DNA of 64,000 bases from Waterburya sp. (GCA_965217895.1 CBDCJV010000002.1:2720001-2784000), one strand, 5' to 3'; positions 10,285 to 20,899 are shown, counted from the first letter of the stretch. Made by a program: numbers and translations. The notes: generated from the sequence alone by a model not told the origin.

Positions 10285-10373
10285 CGGAGAGGGGGGGATT
10301 CGAACCCCCGATGAAGTTTACACCCCATAACTCCTTAGCAGGGAGCCGCTTTCAACCGCTCAGCCACCTCTCC
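10285..10373 (-). tRNA. tRNA-Ser (GCT)
   Basis: GGAGAGG acceptor, anticodon arm CTCCC-TGCTAA-GGAG, long variable arm, GGTTCGAATCC. Confidence 0.95.
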
Positions 10374-10647
10374 TTAAACACATCGATTTAGAATTATAAC
10401 AGATTTATTTGAGCTAGGAAGTAAATATGAATTAGGTTGCTAAAATTAAATTATTATTTAAGATGCGAGATTATCGACCGTTGCTTTTACTCTGGCAGCT
10501 TTAGCAACTCTTAAAGCCCAAAAAGCTGACAATTGCCGATAAATAAGTAATTTTGCTGTATACCTCCATAAAATTAAAACATATAGCATAATGGATCAGG
10601 TAAAATGCTCAATCTAAAAAATTAATTTATTGATTAAGGTTAAACGA

Positions 10648-11028
10648 ATGGAAAAAATGGGAACTCATCTGGTTGTAGATGCTTGGCAAGCACCAGCTGA
10701 ATTACTCAACAATCCCGAAGCTATCAAACAAGGATTATTAGAAGCTATCAAAGCAGGAGAAGTGACTTTAATTGATCTGTGTGTTCATCAATTTAGTCCT
10801 CATGGTGTAACCGCTACAGCAACCCTGGCAGAGTCTCATATTGCTATTCATACTTGGCCCGAATACGGTTATTTTGCAGCAGATTTATTTTTTTGTGGTG
10901 CAGGAAAACCTAAAGTAGCCATAAAAATTTTGCAAACAGCACTACAGGCAAAACAAGTGAGAATGCGCGAGCTTGAAAGAGGATTCATCCCTAGCGTTTT
11001 AAATCCCGTCGGTTCTTTAGAACTTTAA
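10648..11028 (+). CDS. speD: S-adenosylmethionine decarboxylase proenzyme
   Basis: GTHL, FSPHGVT, LAESHIAIHTWPEYG (E-S self-cleavage site), DLFFCG; ATG start chosen. Confidence 0.88.
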   Translation: MEKMGTHLVVDAWQAPAELLNNPEAIKQGLLEAIKAGEVTLIDLCVHQFSPHGVTATATLAESHIAIHTWPEYGYFAADLFFCGAGKPKVAIKILQTALQAKQVRMRELERGFIPSVLNPVGSLEL

Positions 11029-11209
11029 TCTATTGTTTAGTTTAGTTAAGCAGTGGTTGCTATTTGTTGGGCTAAGCCAATTGGAGTCAATAATAGTCAA
11101 ATCTAAAATTATCTGCCAATTAACGGATATATATCCAGTTAAGCAGCCATAATAGAAATTAGGTTACAGCAATCACAACTAGCACTTCCGCAGACTTATC
11201 TAGCTCAAT

Positions 11210-11578
11210 ATGACTAACTACTCCATCGATTTTGTCATCAAGCTAGCTCTTATCCTCTTGCTAAGTATTCTACCTTCTTTAGTTTACTTAGCTATCTTCC
11301 GCAAAGCTAAAGAACGCTGGCAAATGAGGTTAAGACGCGCTCAAATTTTAACTACCTACTCTGATCGCCATCGAGAGAGTTTTCGTAATGATGCTTATTA
11401 TTATGATCGCGATTCTTATATCATAAGCGATCGCCGTAGACCAATAACCAAATATTTTATTGGTGATACAACCTGTGCCAATAACGCCCGCTCACCCTAT
11501 ATTCGTTGTGCAATCAATCCTAGTGGACCATGTGATGACTGCTCTCATTATGAAAAACGCGATCAAAATTCAAATTAA
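11210..11578 (+). CDS. Conserved cyanobacterial membrane protein with Cys-rich C-terminus (DUF6464-like)
   Basis: N-terminal TM; IGDTTCANNARSPYIRCAINPSGPCDDCSHYE. Confidence 0.75.
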   Translation: MTNYSIDFVIKLALILLLSILPSLVYLAIFRKAKERWQMRLRRAQILTTYSDRHRESFRNDAYYYDRDSYIISDRRRPITKYFIGDTTCANNARSPYIRCAINPSGPCDDCSHYEKRDQNSN

Positions 11579-11685
11579 ATTAAATAGTTTTGAAAGTAGC
11601 TTGATCTAGTCATTTGGCAGTTAACATTTATCACTGGTCAATGTTCAATTGCGCGATCGCCGTGTTAACAACACCACTCTGATTA

Positions 11686-12246
11686 TTATCGGCTAGCTTC
11701 ATTTAAAATAAAAATTTGAGTGAAGTAGTATTCTCCTTGTTGATTTTTTGCTATTCCAATGCCTGTTAGATTGTAGTTTCCTACTATGTTTTGTCTATGA
11801 CCCTCACTTTTTATCCACCCAGTTACGGCTTCACTAGCAGGATCGCGATATCCTTGATTGTAAGCTACGTTTTCTGCTGCACTACTCAAAGCAATATTAT
11901 TTTTTAAAGCTTTTACTCTAGAGTCAAAACCCTGATGACCAAACTTTACTTTTTGTTGTGCCATATTCTCGCTGTGAATTTGAGCTTGCTCGCTTATTTT
12001 AGGATTTAATTTTAAAGGCGGAAGATTGACAGAGGCGCGATATTTATTTATTTGCTGATGAACTTGTTGCGCTAAATTGTTCAATTCCAAATCTCGTTGA
12101 GTCGCTGCTACAGAATTGCCTTTTAGAGTATATTCTTGACTATCTACTTTGCTAGATACTGTCCATGAAAACATTGTAATCATAGCAGTTGACAGGAAAA
12201 TTTTTATTAGTAGAGGAGTCTGTAGAGAGATTCGAGCTTTAAACAT
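11686..12246 (-). CDS. CAP (SCP/PR-1) domain protein
   Basis: INKYRAS..HSENMA..GH..AAENVA..GWIKSEGHRQNI..GIGI..YFTQIF. Confidence 0.92.
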   Translation of the reverse strand: MFKARISLQTPLLIKIFLSTAMITMFSWTVSSKVDSQEYTLKGNSVAATQRDLELNNLAQQVHQQINKYRASVNLPPLKLNPKISEQAQIHSENMAQQKVKFGHQGFDSRVKALKNNIALSSAAENVAYNQGYRDPASEAVTGWIKSEGHRQNIVGNYNLTGIGIAKNQQGEYYFTQIFILNEASR

Positions 12247-12459
12247 TTTTTTTAGACTGGGCGAAAAAAATCATATTTTTCTATTGTAGTGCAATGAAAC
12301 CGTTTTAATTACAAGATTTTTCTGACTACAAAAATTGCCTTAGGATACAAGGTTTTAAACTCAAAATATTTTACTTATTCAGGTATCAAATCACAGTTAG
12401 TTTGTATGTGCCGTTATTAAAATTAATTTAATATACACATTTAATTTTGGTATTTACAA

Positions 12460-12804
12460 ATGAATTTTATCAATAGTTTTAATCATTTAGCTTTCCCTTT
12501 ATTTCTACTCGGCGCATTTCTAGTTTTTTTCAGCCTTATGTCGGCTGATTTTTCCAAAAAATCTCAAGATCACAATGTTGAGTTAGAAAAGTTTTATGAA
12601 ACGGTATGTCAAAACAAAAACATTGAACTGCAATTAGAATCAGTTGAGACAAAATCTGATTTTATTAACACTTTAGTCAGAGTAGGCTCGTCATTAGGAT
12701 ATAGCTTTACTGTCACCGACGTAGAAGAATCAATCCAAAGTTTTACAAACCAAACTTATAGCGATCATATTTGTTTATCAATTGGCTGCTGGAAGTTCGG
12801 TTAA
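12460..12804 (+). CDS. Nif11-like leader domain protein with N-terminal hydrophobic helix
   Basis: LEKFYETV..LQLES..FINTLVRVGSSLGYSFTVTDV resembles a Nif11 domain; tail CLSIGCW. Confidence 0.6.
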   Translation: MNFINSFNHLAFPLFLLGAFLVFFSLMSADFSKKSQDHNVELEKFYETVCQNKNIELQLESVETKSDFINTLVRVGSSLGYSFTVTDVEESIQSFTNQTYSDHICLSIGCWKFG

Positions 12805-12863
12805 TTAGAAATTATGCTGAAATTATAAATTAGTGTCTCAATTATTTAACGCCGAAAACCAAC

Positions 12864-13028
12864 GGCGTTGCTGATTAAGTAATGTCGTACAAAAGATTAC
12901 TATCTGTAGCTATAAGCTTTTTTAAATCAACATGGCGATTGGACTTGCTTGCAGACCCCGCGTCGCCATCAAACTCTATTTTTGAAGAGACAAAATAATG
13001 CTTCATAGCATTACAATTCAGCAACGCC
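12864..13028. mobile_element. MITE, TIR GGCGTTGCTGA, copy 2, 8-bp TSD AAACCAAC
   Basis: TIRs and TSD; reverse-complement similarity to copy 1; extra internal GC-rich hairpin. Confidence 0.9.
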
Positions 13029-13035
13029 AAACCAA

Positions 13036-13356
13036 CTAATCGCAATCTTGACGAGGAGATATAGTTGCGCTGCTGCATAAATCGTCTAAATATTGCTCTA
13101 GCAATGCAAACTGGGACAAATTAAGACTATAGTAAATCCAGCGTCCTGACTGTCTAGGAGAAATTAATTTTGCTTCTTTTAGGGTTTTGAGATGAAAGGA
13201 TAATTTAGATTGGTTAACTTTAAGGCGATCGCACAAATCACAAACGCATAGTTCTTGCTCCCGTAGCAGTTGAACAATTTTGAGGCGTAAAGAATCAGAT
13301 AGGGCATGAAACCCTGTCATAATATAAATATTTGCAGGATTATAAACTTGCATCAA
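13036..13356 (-). CDS. ArsR/SmtB family transcriptional regulator
   Basis: FHALSDSLRLKIV..ELCVCDL..QSKLSFHLKTLKEA..GRWIYYSL. Confidence 0.92.
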   Translation of the reverse strand: MMQVYNPANIYIMTGFHALSDSLRLKIVQLLREQELCVCDLCDRLKVNQSKLSFHLKTLKEAKLISPRQSGRWIYYSLNLSQFALLEQYLDDLCSSATISPRQDCD

Positions 13357-13484
13357 GTCTTTTTGAACTAAAATCTCTGTTAATTTAGTATAGCAAACTA
13401 ATGTTGTTTAAATCACTTTGTTCGTGGTCGTTTTAGGCTCTCAAAATAAGTAAAAATTCTATTTTGATTGGCTTAGAGCTTTTT

Positions 13485-14414
13485 TTAAATCACGTTTACC
13501 CAAAAATCGGCAGTGATAATTTCTCCATTACGGTTAAATTGACCCCAAAGTTTATATTTTCCTGGTTCGGGGAATTGAGTGTGAAAATCAACTTTACCCA
13601 AAGATGTTCCTTCGCTGGCATGGGCATGAATGTAATCCTCACTGCTGAGAGGATTTGACTGCTTAATAATTACCAAATGTCCAGTTTTGCCTAAGTAGGG
13701 TTGCAAGTTGGTTACAGGAGTATTGCTGGCTATATCTTTGAGATCGAACTGTAAAGTAACTGGTTCGTTGGCTTTTATTTGTTCTTTGTCGGTACTAAAA
13801 TTAACTTTGGTTTTACCAAAAGATTTAGTCACACTGGTGTCGATCTTCGCAGAAGTTGCTTTAATCCCAGTAACTGATAGCTGCATTAAAGAAACTCTGT
13901 CAGCGTCTTTTGCTGGTTTGTAGTCGCTAAATAAAGTGTAATTACCAGATTGAGGAAAGCTGGTTTCGATATCAAATTCTCCTCTGCTGTTATATGTAGG
14001 ATGAATATGACTAAAAAACTCTAAATCGTCGCTAACTACAATCAAGTGCATCCGCTTTTCTTGGAATATATCAAAATTACTCACAGGTTTTCCTGCCGAA
14101 TCTTGGATATTTATGGCTAATGGTACGGATTGATTTGGTGCGATCGCATCTAGTACTGTTAGTTTGGCTTCAGTCTGGGTTTGTACTGTCTCCTCTGACA
14201 TATCCATATTGTCCGTGTCATGATGAGAACCAGGTTCGGCATTCATATTCTTCATATCATGATGAGAACTACCTTCATCCATGTTGCTCATATCATGATG
14301 CTTCATCATTTGCTGTTCTCGATCTGAAGCTTCAACATTTTTAGAAAGTAGCGAACAGCCTTGGAACAAGAATAAACCTGAAGCAAATAAGAAAGTAGAA
14401 ATAAAACGATTCAT
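13485..14414 (-). CDS. His/Met-rich putative heavy-metal-binding lipoprotein
   Basis: Lipobox FQGC, HHDM repeats, EKRMHLIVVSDDL..HIHP, GHLV..YIHAH; start set at MNRF. Confidence 0.75.
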   Translation of the reverse strand: MNRFISTFLFASGLFLFQGCSLLSKNVEASDREQQMMKHHDMSNMDEGSSHHDMKNMNAEPGSHHDTDNMDMSEETVQTQTEAKLTVLDAIAPNQSVPLAINIQDSAGKPVSNFDIFQEKRMHLIVVSDDLEFFSHIHPTYNSRGEFDIETSFPQSGNYTLFSDYKPAKDADRVSLMQLSVTGIKATSAKIDTSVTKSFGKTKVNFSTDKEQIKANEPVTLQFDLKDIASNTPVTNLQPYLGKTGHLVIIKQSNPLSSEDYIHAHASEGTSLGKVDFHTQFPEPGKYKLWGQFNRNGEIITADFWVNVI

Positions 14415-14471
14415 AGTTAATGTTTCCTCAAATTGAATATAGACGCTAACAAACATAGTTGACGAATGATT

Positions 14472-14493
14472 GCGAACGGCTGTTCGCCACTAC
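14472..14493. repeat. GTAG-type REP-like palindrome
   Basis: GCGAACGGCTGTTCGCCACTAC; related to 35151-35178. Confidence 0.55.
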
Positions 14494-14876
14494 TTACTTA
14501 CTGAAAGTAAAACGACCATTAACTTTCTCACCATTAATGTAATGTCCGTTTGGATTGCAGCTTTATATTCACCAGATGCCGATGTGGGCAGAACGGCGGT
14601 ATAGTGTCCACCTTCGGCATCGTAGGTAAAATCGACGCTTTTTTGTTCCCCTGACGGTAGCTGAATTTGACCTAATACCTGAGCATTAGCAACTGGTTCA
14701 TGACTATCTCCAGACTGGAGATAGAAATCGAGGTGAAACTGTTCGGCTTCAGCTTCGGGAACAAACTCTAAATGATACTTTCCTGCTTCGACAACTTGTC
14801 CGCCAGCAGCGGGTTGAGAATGGTCTTCAGTAGTTGTTTTGGTTGTAGGTGCTAAATTTGCTATAGAATTAAGCAT
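14490..14876 (-). pseudogene. CopC-like periplasmic metal-binding protein, 5'-truncated and frameshifted
   Basis: GGQVVEAGKYHLEFVPE..HLDFYLQ..GHYTA; 5-bp duplication TAATG at 14535-14544 shifts off the native end NGEKVNGRFTFSK; no signal peptide. Confidence 0.65.
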
Positions 14877-14941
14877 AATATTTAGTCAATATTTTTAGAA
14901 TCGATCTCCGTAATCGTTTCGTCTGATTTATCAAGAGGATC

Positions 14942-15110
14942 TTTATCGCTTCTGGGTTTGTCCATTTACTTTAATCCCCGTTGGTTAAGTAATAATGATG
15001 TTTCCATTATTAAACTCATCTCCATGACCACCATGTGCCAAAACTACTGAAGGTTGGGACATGGGCAAGAGTAGAGCAAGAAAAACTATTAGCTTTTGCT
15101 GGGTTTCCAT
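14942..15110 (-). pseudogene. 5' fragment of a heavy-metal RND efflux periplasmic adaptor (CopB/CzcB-like)
   Basis: METQQKLIVFLALLLPMSQPSVVLAHGGHGDEF..T*PTGIKVNGQTQKR*; signal peptide plus AHGGHGDEF, in-frame stops. Confidence 0.65.
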
Positions 15111-15159
15111 AGAGACTAAAGAAAAAGTTTAAAACCAGTCCTAAGTATGGCATTGGAAT

Positions 15160-15176
15160 ATGAAATCAGGATGAAA
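15160..15176 (-). promoter_or_regulatory. CopR-type direct repeat TTTCAT-N5-TTTCAT
   Basis: TTTCATCCTGATTTCAT on the minus strand, followed by a -10-like CATACT at 15149-15144, upstream of the adaptor fragment. Confidence 0.65.
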
Positions 15177-15186
15177 TGCTTTGTCT

Positions 15187-15420
15187 TTAGGAGATTTTAC
15201 TGAGTTTGATTGAAGGTAATTCCTTTCGTTGAGCTTTTTGTTTTAATACAGAAATAATTAAACTGCTCATTCCTACTGTGAGTAGCACTAACCTGACAAT
15301 GTGAAACAAATGCCAGCGATCGTAATATTGCGTCCAGTTAGTTGGATAACAAGAAGCCGTCCAGGTATCAACCACCGCATTAATTGGTTCGATGAAAACT
15401 CCCCAAACTATTGTTTTTTG
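15187..15420 (-). pseudogene. C-terminal fragment of a DUF1772-like membrane protein
   Basis: VWGVFIEPINAVVDTWT..PTNW..YDRWHLFHIVRL; 5' part replaced by the IS remnant. Confidence 0.5.
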
Positions 15421-15479
15421 GCTGCAGGAAGAGTCAGGAGATAAATAGATTCTACTGACGAAAAAAGAGTTTCAATCAG

Positions 15480-15798
15480 CAAAACGTTCTAATCTGAAGA
15501 ACAATCGCGATCGCCACTGGGTAAAATTATTAGTCAAGACTCGCCGTTTGGTAGAAACAAGCTCTGGATAGCTTCGACGTGCTTTGCACGGCGGAGTGTC
15601 GTAGGCACTCATTGGACAACTGAGCGAACGTTTTCACCTTCAAAGTGTTCGAGCCAGAGATTTGTGGCATTTAACTAACCGTGTTAACCGTAAACTTTTG
15701 GCACATACTTTAGCTTTCTGGATTAATCGCTATTCTTTTTATCCCCTCCGTTTTGAGCAGATCATTTCTGACTAAATAAAAAAGATGCACACGCCGTA
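15480..15798 (+). mobile_element. 3' remnant of an IS982-like transposase and probable IS right end
   Basis: KRSNL..LVKTRRLVET[insert]IGQLSERFHLQSVRARDLWHLTNRVNRKLLAHTLAFWIN. Confidence 0.7.
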
Positions 15799-15857
15799 TT
15801 TGATATCAGTCTGATGATTAAATAGCCGATCGCATCTTTGATTTTCTTTAAACTTCC

Positions 15858-16031
15858 TTAAACTTCAGTGCTATTTTGTCTTTCTATCGTCTCGATCGCG
15901 GCGTTAATTGCTGCTAATCGTGTCTCTAGATCGTCTCGCATAGATTTAAGAAAGTTGAGTTTATGTTGCCTCCATTCTGAGGCTGAATTGGATTCAGGAT
16001 TAAAACAAGATTGGCATTAAGGAAAAAACAT
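15858..16031 (-). pseudogene. Small coiled-coil protein with a stop at codon 5
   Basis: MFFP*CQSCFNPESNSASEWRQHKLNFLKSMRDDLETRLAAINAAIETIERQNSTEV*; not in the ORF track. Confidence 0.5.
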
Positions 16032-16232
16032 CTTTATGATCTTCAGATTAGAGACCTATCGTAATTTTAATTTTATCAATGGTTCGGACAAAATTTAATT
16101 ATTAACGAAATAACAGCTATCGAAGCCCTTTTTGAGTTGAAGATAATCAACGGTAAATTGGGCTTGTCAACTGCTCTAACTGTTCTAACTGCTTAACTGT
16201 CCTAACTGTTGTTTTATAATAACTTTAATTAA

Positions 16233-17579
16233 CTATTCACTTAGATGTTCGGCAATAAAATTGGTGTATATTTCGCCTTTAAGAAAAGCAGGGGTTTCTA
16301 AAATAAGCTGATGAAATTCAATGGTGGTAGGTACTCCAGTAATAGCACATTCTCTTAAAGCTCTTTTCATACGCTTGATTGCCACCTCACGATTTTCGCC
16401 CCAGACAATTAATTTACCGATCAAGGAATCATAATAAGGAGGAATTTCGTAGTCGGTATAGACATGAGAATCCATTCTTACTCCTGGCCCTCCTGGAGGT
16501 AGATAGGCACTAATTCGTCCTGGATGGGGGCGGAAGTTATGCTTGGGATCTTCAGCGTTAATTCGACATTCGATCGCATGACCAGTCAATTTTACTTGGT
16601 CTTGGGTAAGCCTCAGTTTCTCTCCCTGAGCCACGCGGATCTGTTCGGCAATGAGGTCAATTCCCGTTATCATTTCTGTAACGGGATGTTCTACCTGAAT
16701 GCGGGTATTCATTTCCATAAAGTAAAAATCCCCAGATTTATCCAGGAGAAATTCGACTGTCCCCGCCCCAACATAATCGATTGATTTGGCGGCCTTTACC
16801 GCAGCATCACCCATTTTTTGGCGCAATTGGGAGCTTAAGACCGCGCTAGGTGCTTCTTCTAACAGTTTTTGGTGACGACGCTGAATTGAACAGTCTCTTT
16901 CCCCTAAATGAATAACATTACCGTAGCTGTCGGCAAGAATTTGAAACTCAATGTGACGAGGGCATTCAACAAATTTTTCTAAATAGACTCCACCATTGCC
17001 AAAAGCTGCCTCAGCTTCTCCTTGAGCAGCTTGGAACATTCTGAGTAGATCTGTCTCCTCATGTACTAAACGCATTCCTCGACCACCACCACCAGCAGTG
17101 GCTTTAATCATTACGGGGTAACCAATTTGGCTGGCAATTGTTTTTGCTTCCTCTTCATCACGTAGCAAACCGTTACTACCAGGTACAGTAGGAACACCTG
17201 CCGCCTCCATAGTTTTTTTGGCAGTAGATTTATCTCCCATCGCTAACATCGCTTCCTTGGAAGGACCGATAAAAGTAAGCTGATGATCGTTACAAATTTC
17301 GACAAAACGAGCGTTTTCGGCTAAAAAACCATAGCCAGGATGAATGGCATTAGCGTTGCGGGTCAAAGCAGCAGCTATGATGTTAGGAATATTTAAATAG
17401 CTTTTACCAGATGGGGGAGGACCAATACATACACTCTCATCCGCTAACTGAACATGAAGAGCTTGGCGATCGATGGTAGAGTGGACGGCTACCGTAGCAA
17501 TGCCCATTTCAGCACAGGTGTGTAAAATGCGTAGAGCAATTTCCCCTCGATTGGCGATTAGAATTTTGTCAAACTGCAT
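16233..17579 (-). CDS. accC: Acetyl-CoA carboxylase biotin carboxylase
   Basis: [57 protein letters not shown]. Confidence 0.98.
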   Translation of the reverse strand: MQFDKILIANRGEIALRILHTCAEMGIATVAVHSTIDRQALHVQLADESVCIGPPPSGKSYLNIPNIIAAALTRNANAIHPGYGFLAENARFVEICNDHQLTFIGPSKEAMLAMGDKSTAKKTMEAAGVPTVPGSNGLLRDEEEAKTIASQIGYPVMIKATAGGGGRGMRLVHEETDLLRMFQAAQGEAEAAFGNGGVYLEKFVECPRHIEFQILADSYGNVIHLGERDCSIQRRHQKLLEEAPSAVLSSQLRQKMGDAAVKAAKSIDYVGAGTVEFLLDKSGDFYFMEMNTRIQVEHPVTEMITGIDLIAEQIRVAQGEKLRLTQDQVKLTGHAIECRINAEDPKHNFRPHPGRISAYLPPGGPGVRMDSHVYTDYEIPPYYDSLIGKLIVWGENREVAIKRMKRALRECAITGVPTTIEFHQLILETPAFLKGEIYTNFIAEHLSE

Positions 17580-17648
17580 TCTTTGAGTAGATAACTAGAG
17601 TCATGTTGTTAGAATAGAGCTTTTTATGGTTTAAAGAAGAAATAAAAT

Positions 17649-17888
17649 TTATCCTTTACCTAATTTTGAAGGTGGGCGATCGTCACTCCAGCCCCACCAA
17701 GCAGCGTCACACTCGCATTGATAAAATTCTTGCCATTTGCGACGACCATCTACACTTACAGGTGCGCGACGGTTTAGCCAAACATTTTGTGCCTTTTTGG
17801 GGTTAGATTTACAGCTAGGACAGCAAAAATCAACCGTATGCACTGCTGATTTAGTCCATTCTGGAGGTACTAAAGCAAAAGCATCCAT
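17649..17888 (-). CDS. Conserved small Cys/Trp-rich cyanobacterial protein
   Basis: FCCPSC..VWLNRRAPV..RRKWQEFYQCEC..WWGWS. Confidence 0.7.
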   Translation of the reverse strand: MDAFALVPPEWTKSAVHTVDFCCPSCKSNPKKAQNVWLNRRAPVSVDGRRKWQEFYQCECDAAWWGWSDDRPPSKLGKG

Positions 17889-18140
17889 AAATGTTTTGTT
17901 TGATAATAGTTTTAAAATAGTATTCTTAATTATCCCTGTTATTTGTCTATCTTGGTGTTATCTTAACGGGAATTATTTTAAGAACTGTAAGAGGAGTAAA
18001 AACGGTATTCATAAAAGGCTACAAGATCCCATCTACACCTTAAGGATAAGTATATCGATATATTGATTAATTTAACGGGCTTTGAACTGGTGAACTATTG
18101 CTTCTTTGGGACAGCAAATATAACAAATATAATTTTAATA

Positions 18141-18212
18141 AGCCCCCAGTGAGAATTGAACTCACGGCCTCATTCTTACCAAGAATGCGCGCTACCACTG
18201 GGCTATGGGGGC
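18141..18212 (-). tRNA. tRNA-Thr (GGT)
   Basis: GCCCCCA acceptor, anticodon arm CATTC-TTGGTAA-GAATG, GTTCAATTC T-loop. Confidence 0.95.
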
Positions 18213-18454
18213 GTTGAGCTTCTTGATAAGTATAACACCAACCCTTGAAAAGTTAAAGATAGTCTGAATGTGATTGAAATTACGGCAAGATTTCTTTACA
18301 TAAGACGCTCAACATAAGATTAGGTATTAAACCACAGTAATGAAATCTCTACAAACGGGCATTTCGTAGTCAGAGGATGAGGATGTAGATGTAGGGTATT
18401 AAAATGAAGAGTCAAAAGGTATGCTTCCTCAAAGAGTTAATAAAAACAAAATAA

Positions 18455-19285
18455 ATGCCGATTACAACAGATAAAATCCAGGTGGGTAAGCTTCAGTGGT
18501 TTTATTGTCAAACTGAATTAGAAAGCGAACGCACTCCCGTGTTGTTTTTACATGGTTTGCCATCTCATAGCTATACTTGGCGACAAATTATGTCTCTGTT
18601 AGCAGATGAAGATATTCCCAGTGTTGCACCAGACTGGATCGGTTGTGGATTTTCAGACAAACCCAGTAAAAAAGATTTTAGCTATACTCCTGACGCTTTT
18701 TTGACAGGTTTAAGTGAGTTGATTACTGCTTTAGAACTAAAAAAATTTTACTTAGTTGTTCAAGGATTTTTGGGTTCAGTTGGATTGCAGTATGCGCTGC
18801 AAAATCCTGAGCAAATAGAAGGACTAGTTGTTCTTAATACTCCTCTTGCTTCAAATGCCAAACTTCCCTGGCTGATGAAGCAGTTGAGTTTACCCTTAGT
18901 AGGAGACATGATGACTCAAGATCCCTTATTGGTCGATCGCATTATCGAGAAAGGCAGTGGTTTTATAGTCGCTGATCGAGATCTAGATATGTTACGTAAA
19001 CCCTTTCTGCAAAGTTCAGATGTAGGTAGATCTCTCATGGCAATTCTCCAGAAATTACAGCTAGACCAAACCATGCTAGAAATCGAAACTGGCTTGAGTC
19101 AATGGTCAAAACCAACCTTGATAATTTGGGGGACGGCTGATAAATGGCTAGATGTTGCAGAACCCCAAAAACTAGCTGCTGCTAATTCTAATATCACTTT
19201 AATCGAGTTGCCCGAAGCCAAGCATTATCCTCAAGAACATTGGGCATCAGATATTGCTAAAGAAATTGTGCAGTTTTTTCTCTAA
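18455..19285 (+). CDS. Alpha/beta fold hydrolase
   Basis: PVLFLHGLPSHSYTWR, APDWIGCGFSDKP, PTLIIWG, HYPQE. Confidence 0.9.
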   Translation: MPITTDKIQVGKLQWFYCQTELESERTPVLFLHGLPSHSYTWRQIMSLLADEDIPSVAPDWIGCGFSDKPSKKDFSYTPDAFLTGLSELITALELKKFYLVVQGFLGSVGLQYALQNPEQIEGLVVLNTPLASNAKLPWLMKQLSLPLVGDMMTQDPLLVDRIIEKGSGFIVADRDLDMLRKPFLQSSDVGRSLMAILQKLQLDQTMLEIETGLSQWSKPTLIIWGTADKWLDVAEPQKLAAANSNITLIELPEAKHYPQEHWASDIAKEIVQFFL

Positions 19286-19486
19286 TATGAAAAACTACAG
19301 GCGTAATGAAAGGAATAAGTGAATTATCAGAAAACAGAAAATATAAGTGAGATTTAATCAGAAATCTCGGCAACTGGCAAAATCATCGACCGAGTAACGC
19401 CAAACTAAGTTAAATTAGTGGGGTTTCGCTATATTATACGGCTGTGAGTTAAAGCTGATTTTTGCCTGTAGTCTTCTACTATTCTC

Positions 19487-20782
19487 ATGAGTGAATTAGA
19501 ACGTCCCTACTTTAAACTAATTGATGTTTTACTGAGTAGCCCGCGAGAGCAAGAGATGAATATTCTCAACGCTAATCAAAAATTGATCGATCAAAAGTTT
19601 ATTAGCTGTTTAATGTCGGTGGGAGAAAGATTAAGACGAGCGGGCGAAATTCCTCCTGCCGAGCGTTTAATTAATTTGGCAGGGAAACTGTTGCAGCTAG
19701 AAAATCCTAATTCTACTCCTTATCGCCGTCGAGAATCTTTTCAGTTTTTGATGACTCTTTTGCAGCAGGTATCCCATCAAGTTGCCCCAGGTAAAATTTA
19801 TGCTCTAATTCGCGAAAATCAGGGCAAGCTAGATCGACAATCCACCAATATTTTGGAATATTGGGCAAATGAAACTATTTTGTCCGTAAACCCCAAGCAA
19901 AAAAGAGCGATCGCCAACGATCTGGTCAACCTGGGAAATTTAATTTGTGCCTATCCCGCAGGGGATAAAGCTAATAACATGGAATTAGCAATTGTTAGCT
20001 TTCAGGCTGCACTCAAAGCTTATCAGCCCACGGATTTTCCTAAGGATTGGGCGATGATTGAGTCAAATCTAGCTGATGCCTTTCGCGATCGCGTTTTGGG
20101 CGATCGCCAAGCTAATATCGAACAGGCATTAACTACTTATCAGCTGGCTTTAGAAGTAATCACTCGAGAAAAATATCCTTATTTGTGGGCAAATATTCAG
20201 CGTAATTTAGGTATTGCCCACAACTACCGTCTTCTAGGAGAACGTTCCCAGAATATCGAACAGGCGATTATTTGCTACAGGAGATCTTTATCTATCCATA
20301 CCCAAAAAGATTATCCCCAAGATTGGGCAGGATCTCACAATAATTTAGGAGATATTTATCCCCAGCGCATCGAAGGTAACAAAGCAGCTAATATCGAAAC
20401 GGCAATTAACCATTTAGAACAGGCTTTAGAGATATTTACCCTCTCGTCTAATCCTCATCGCTGGGCAATGTTGCAAAATAATTTGGGTAATGCTTTCCAA
20501 TCTCGGATCGATGGTGATAAAAGTAGCAATATCGAACGTGCTATTTCCTACTATGGCAACGCTCTATCAATTCACAACTTAGAAAAATTCCCTTACAATT
20601 GGGCGATGGTCAATAACAATTTGGGCGGTGCTTATCGTTATCGCCTCAAAGGCAATGCGGCTGATAATAAACAACAGGCGATCGCCTTTTTAAATAAAGC
20701 CACGATCATCTACACCAAAGACAAGTTCCCCCGCCAGTGGTCAGAAATTCAGCATAATATTCAAAATATTAAAAAGTTATAA
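19487..20782 (+). CDS. Tetratricopeptide repeat protein
   Basis: ~47-aa repeats WA..QNNLG.AY..RI.G....NIE.AI..Y..AL. Confidence 0.88.
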   Translation: MSELERPYFKLIDVLLSSPREQEMNILNANQKLIDQKFISCLMSVGERLRRAGEIPPAERLINLAGKLLQLENPNSTPYRRRESFQFLMTLLQQVSHQVAPGKIYALIRENQGKLDRQSTNILEYWANETILSVNPKQKRAIANDLVNLGNLICAYPAGDKANNMELAIVSFQAALKAYQPTDFPKDWAMIESNLADAFRDRVLGDRQANIEQALTTYQLALEVITREKYPYLWANIQRNLGIAHNYRLLGERSQNIEQAIICYRRSLSIHTQKDYPQDWAGSHNNLGDIYPQRIEGNKAANIETAINHLEQALEIFTLSSNPHRWAMLQNNLGNAFQSRIDGDKSSNIERAISYYGNALSIHNLEKFPYNWAMVNNNLGGAYRYRLKGNAADNKQQAIAFLNKATIIYTKDKFPRQWSEIQHNIQNIKKL

Positions 20783-20899
20783 TAAGCAATTCCGTTACAT
20801 TTACTTCACTACCCTAAGAAAGCTATAAGTTAATCTGCTCAAGTAAACAAAAAAAAGAGTCGAGCTAATAAACTTGACTCTTTGATCTTTTTTTTTTGA

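Noticed and set aside
12875..13078. 67-aa ORF
   Set aside because: Lies across MITE copy 2 and the arsR end
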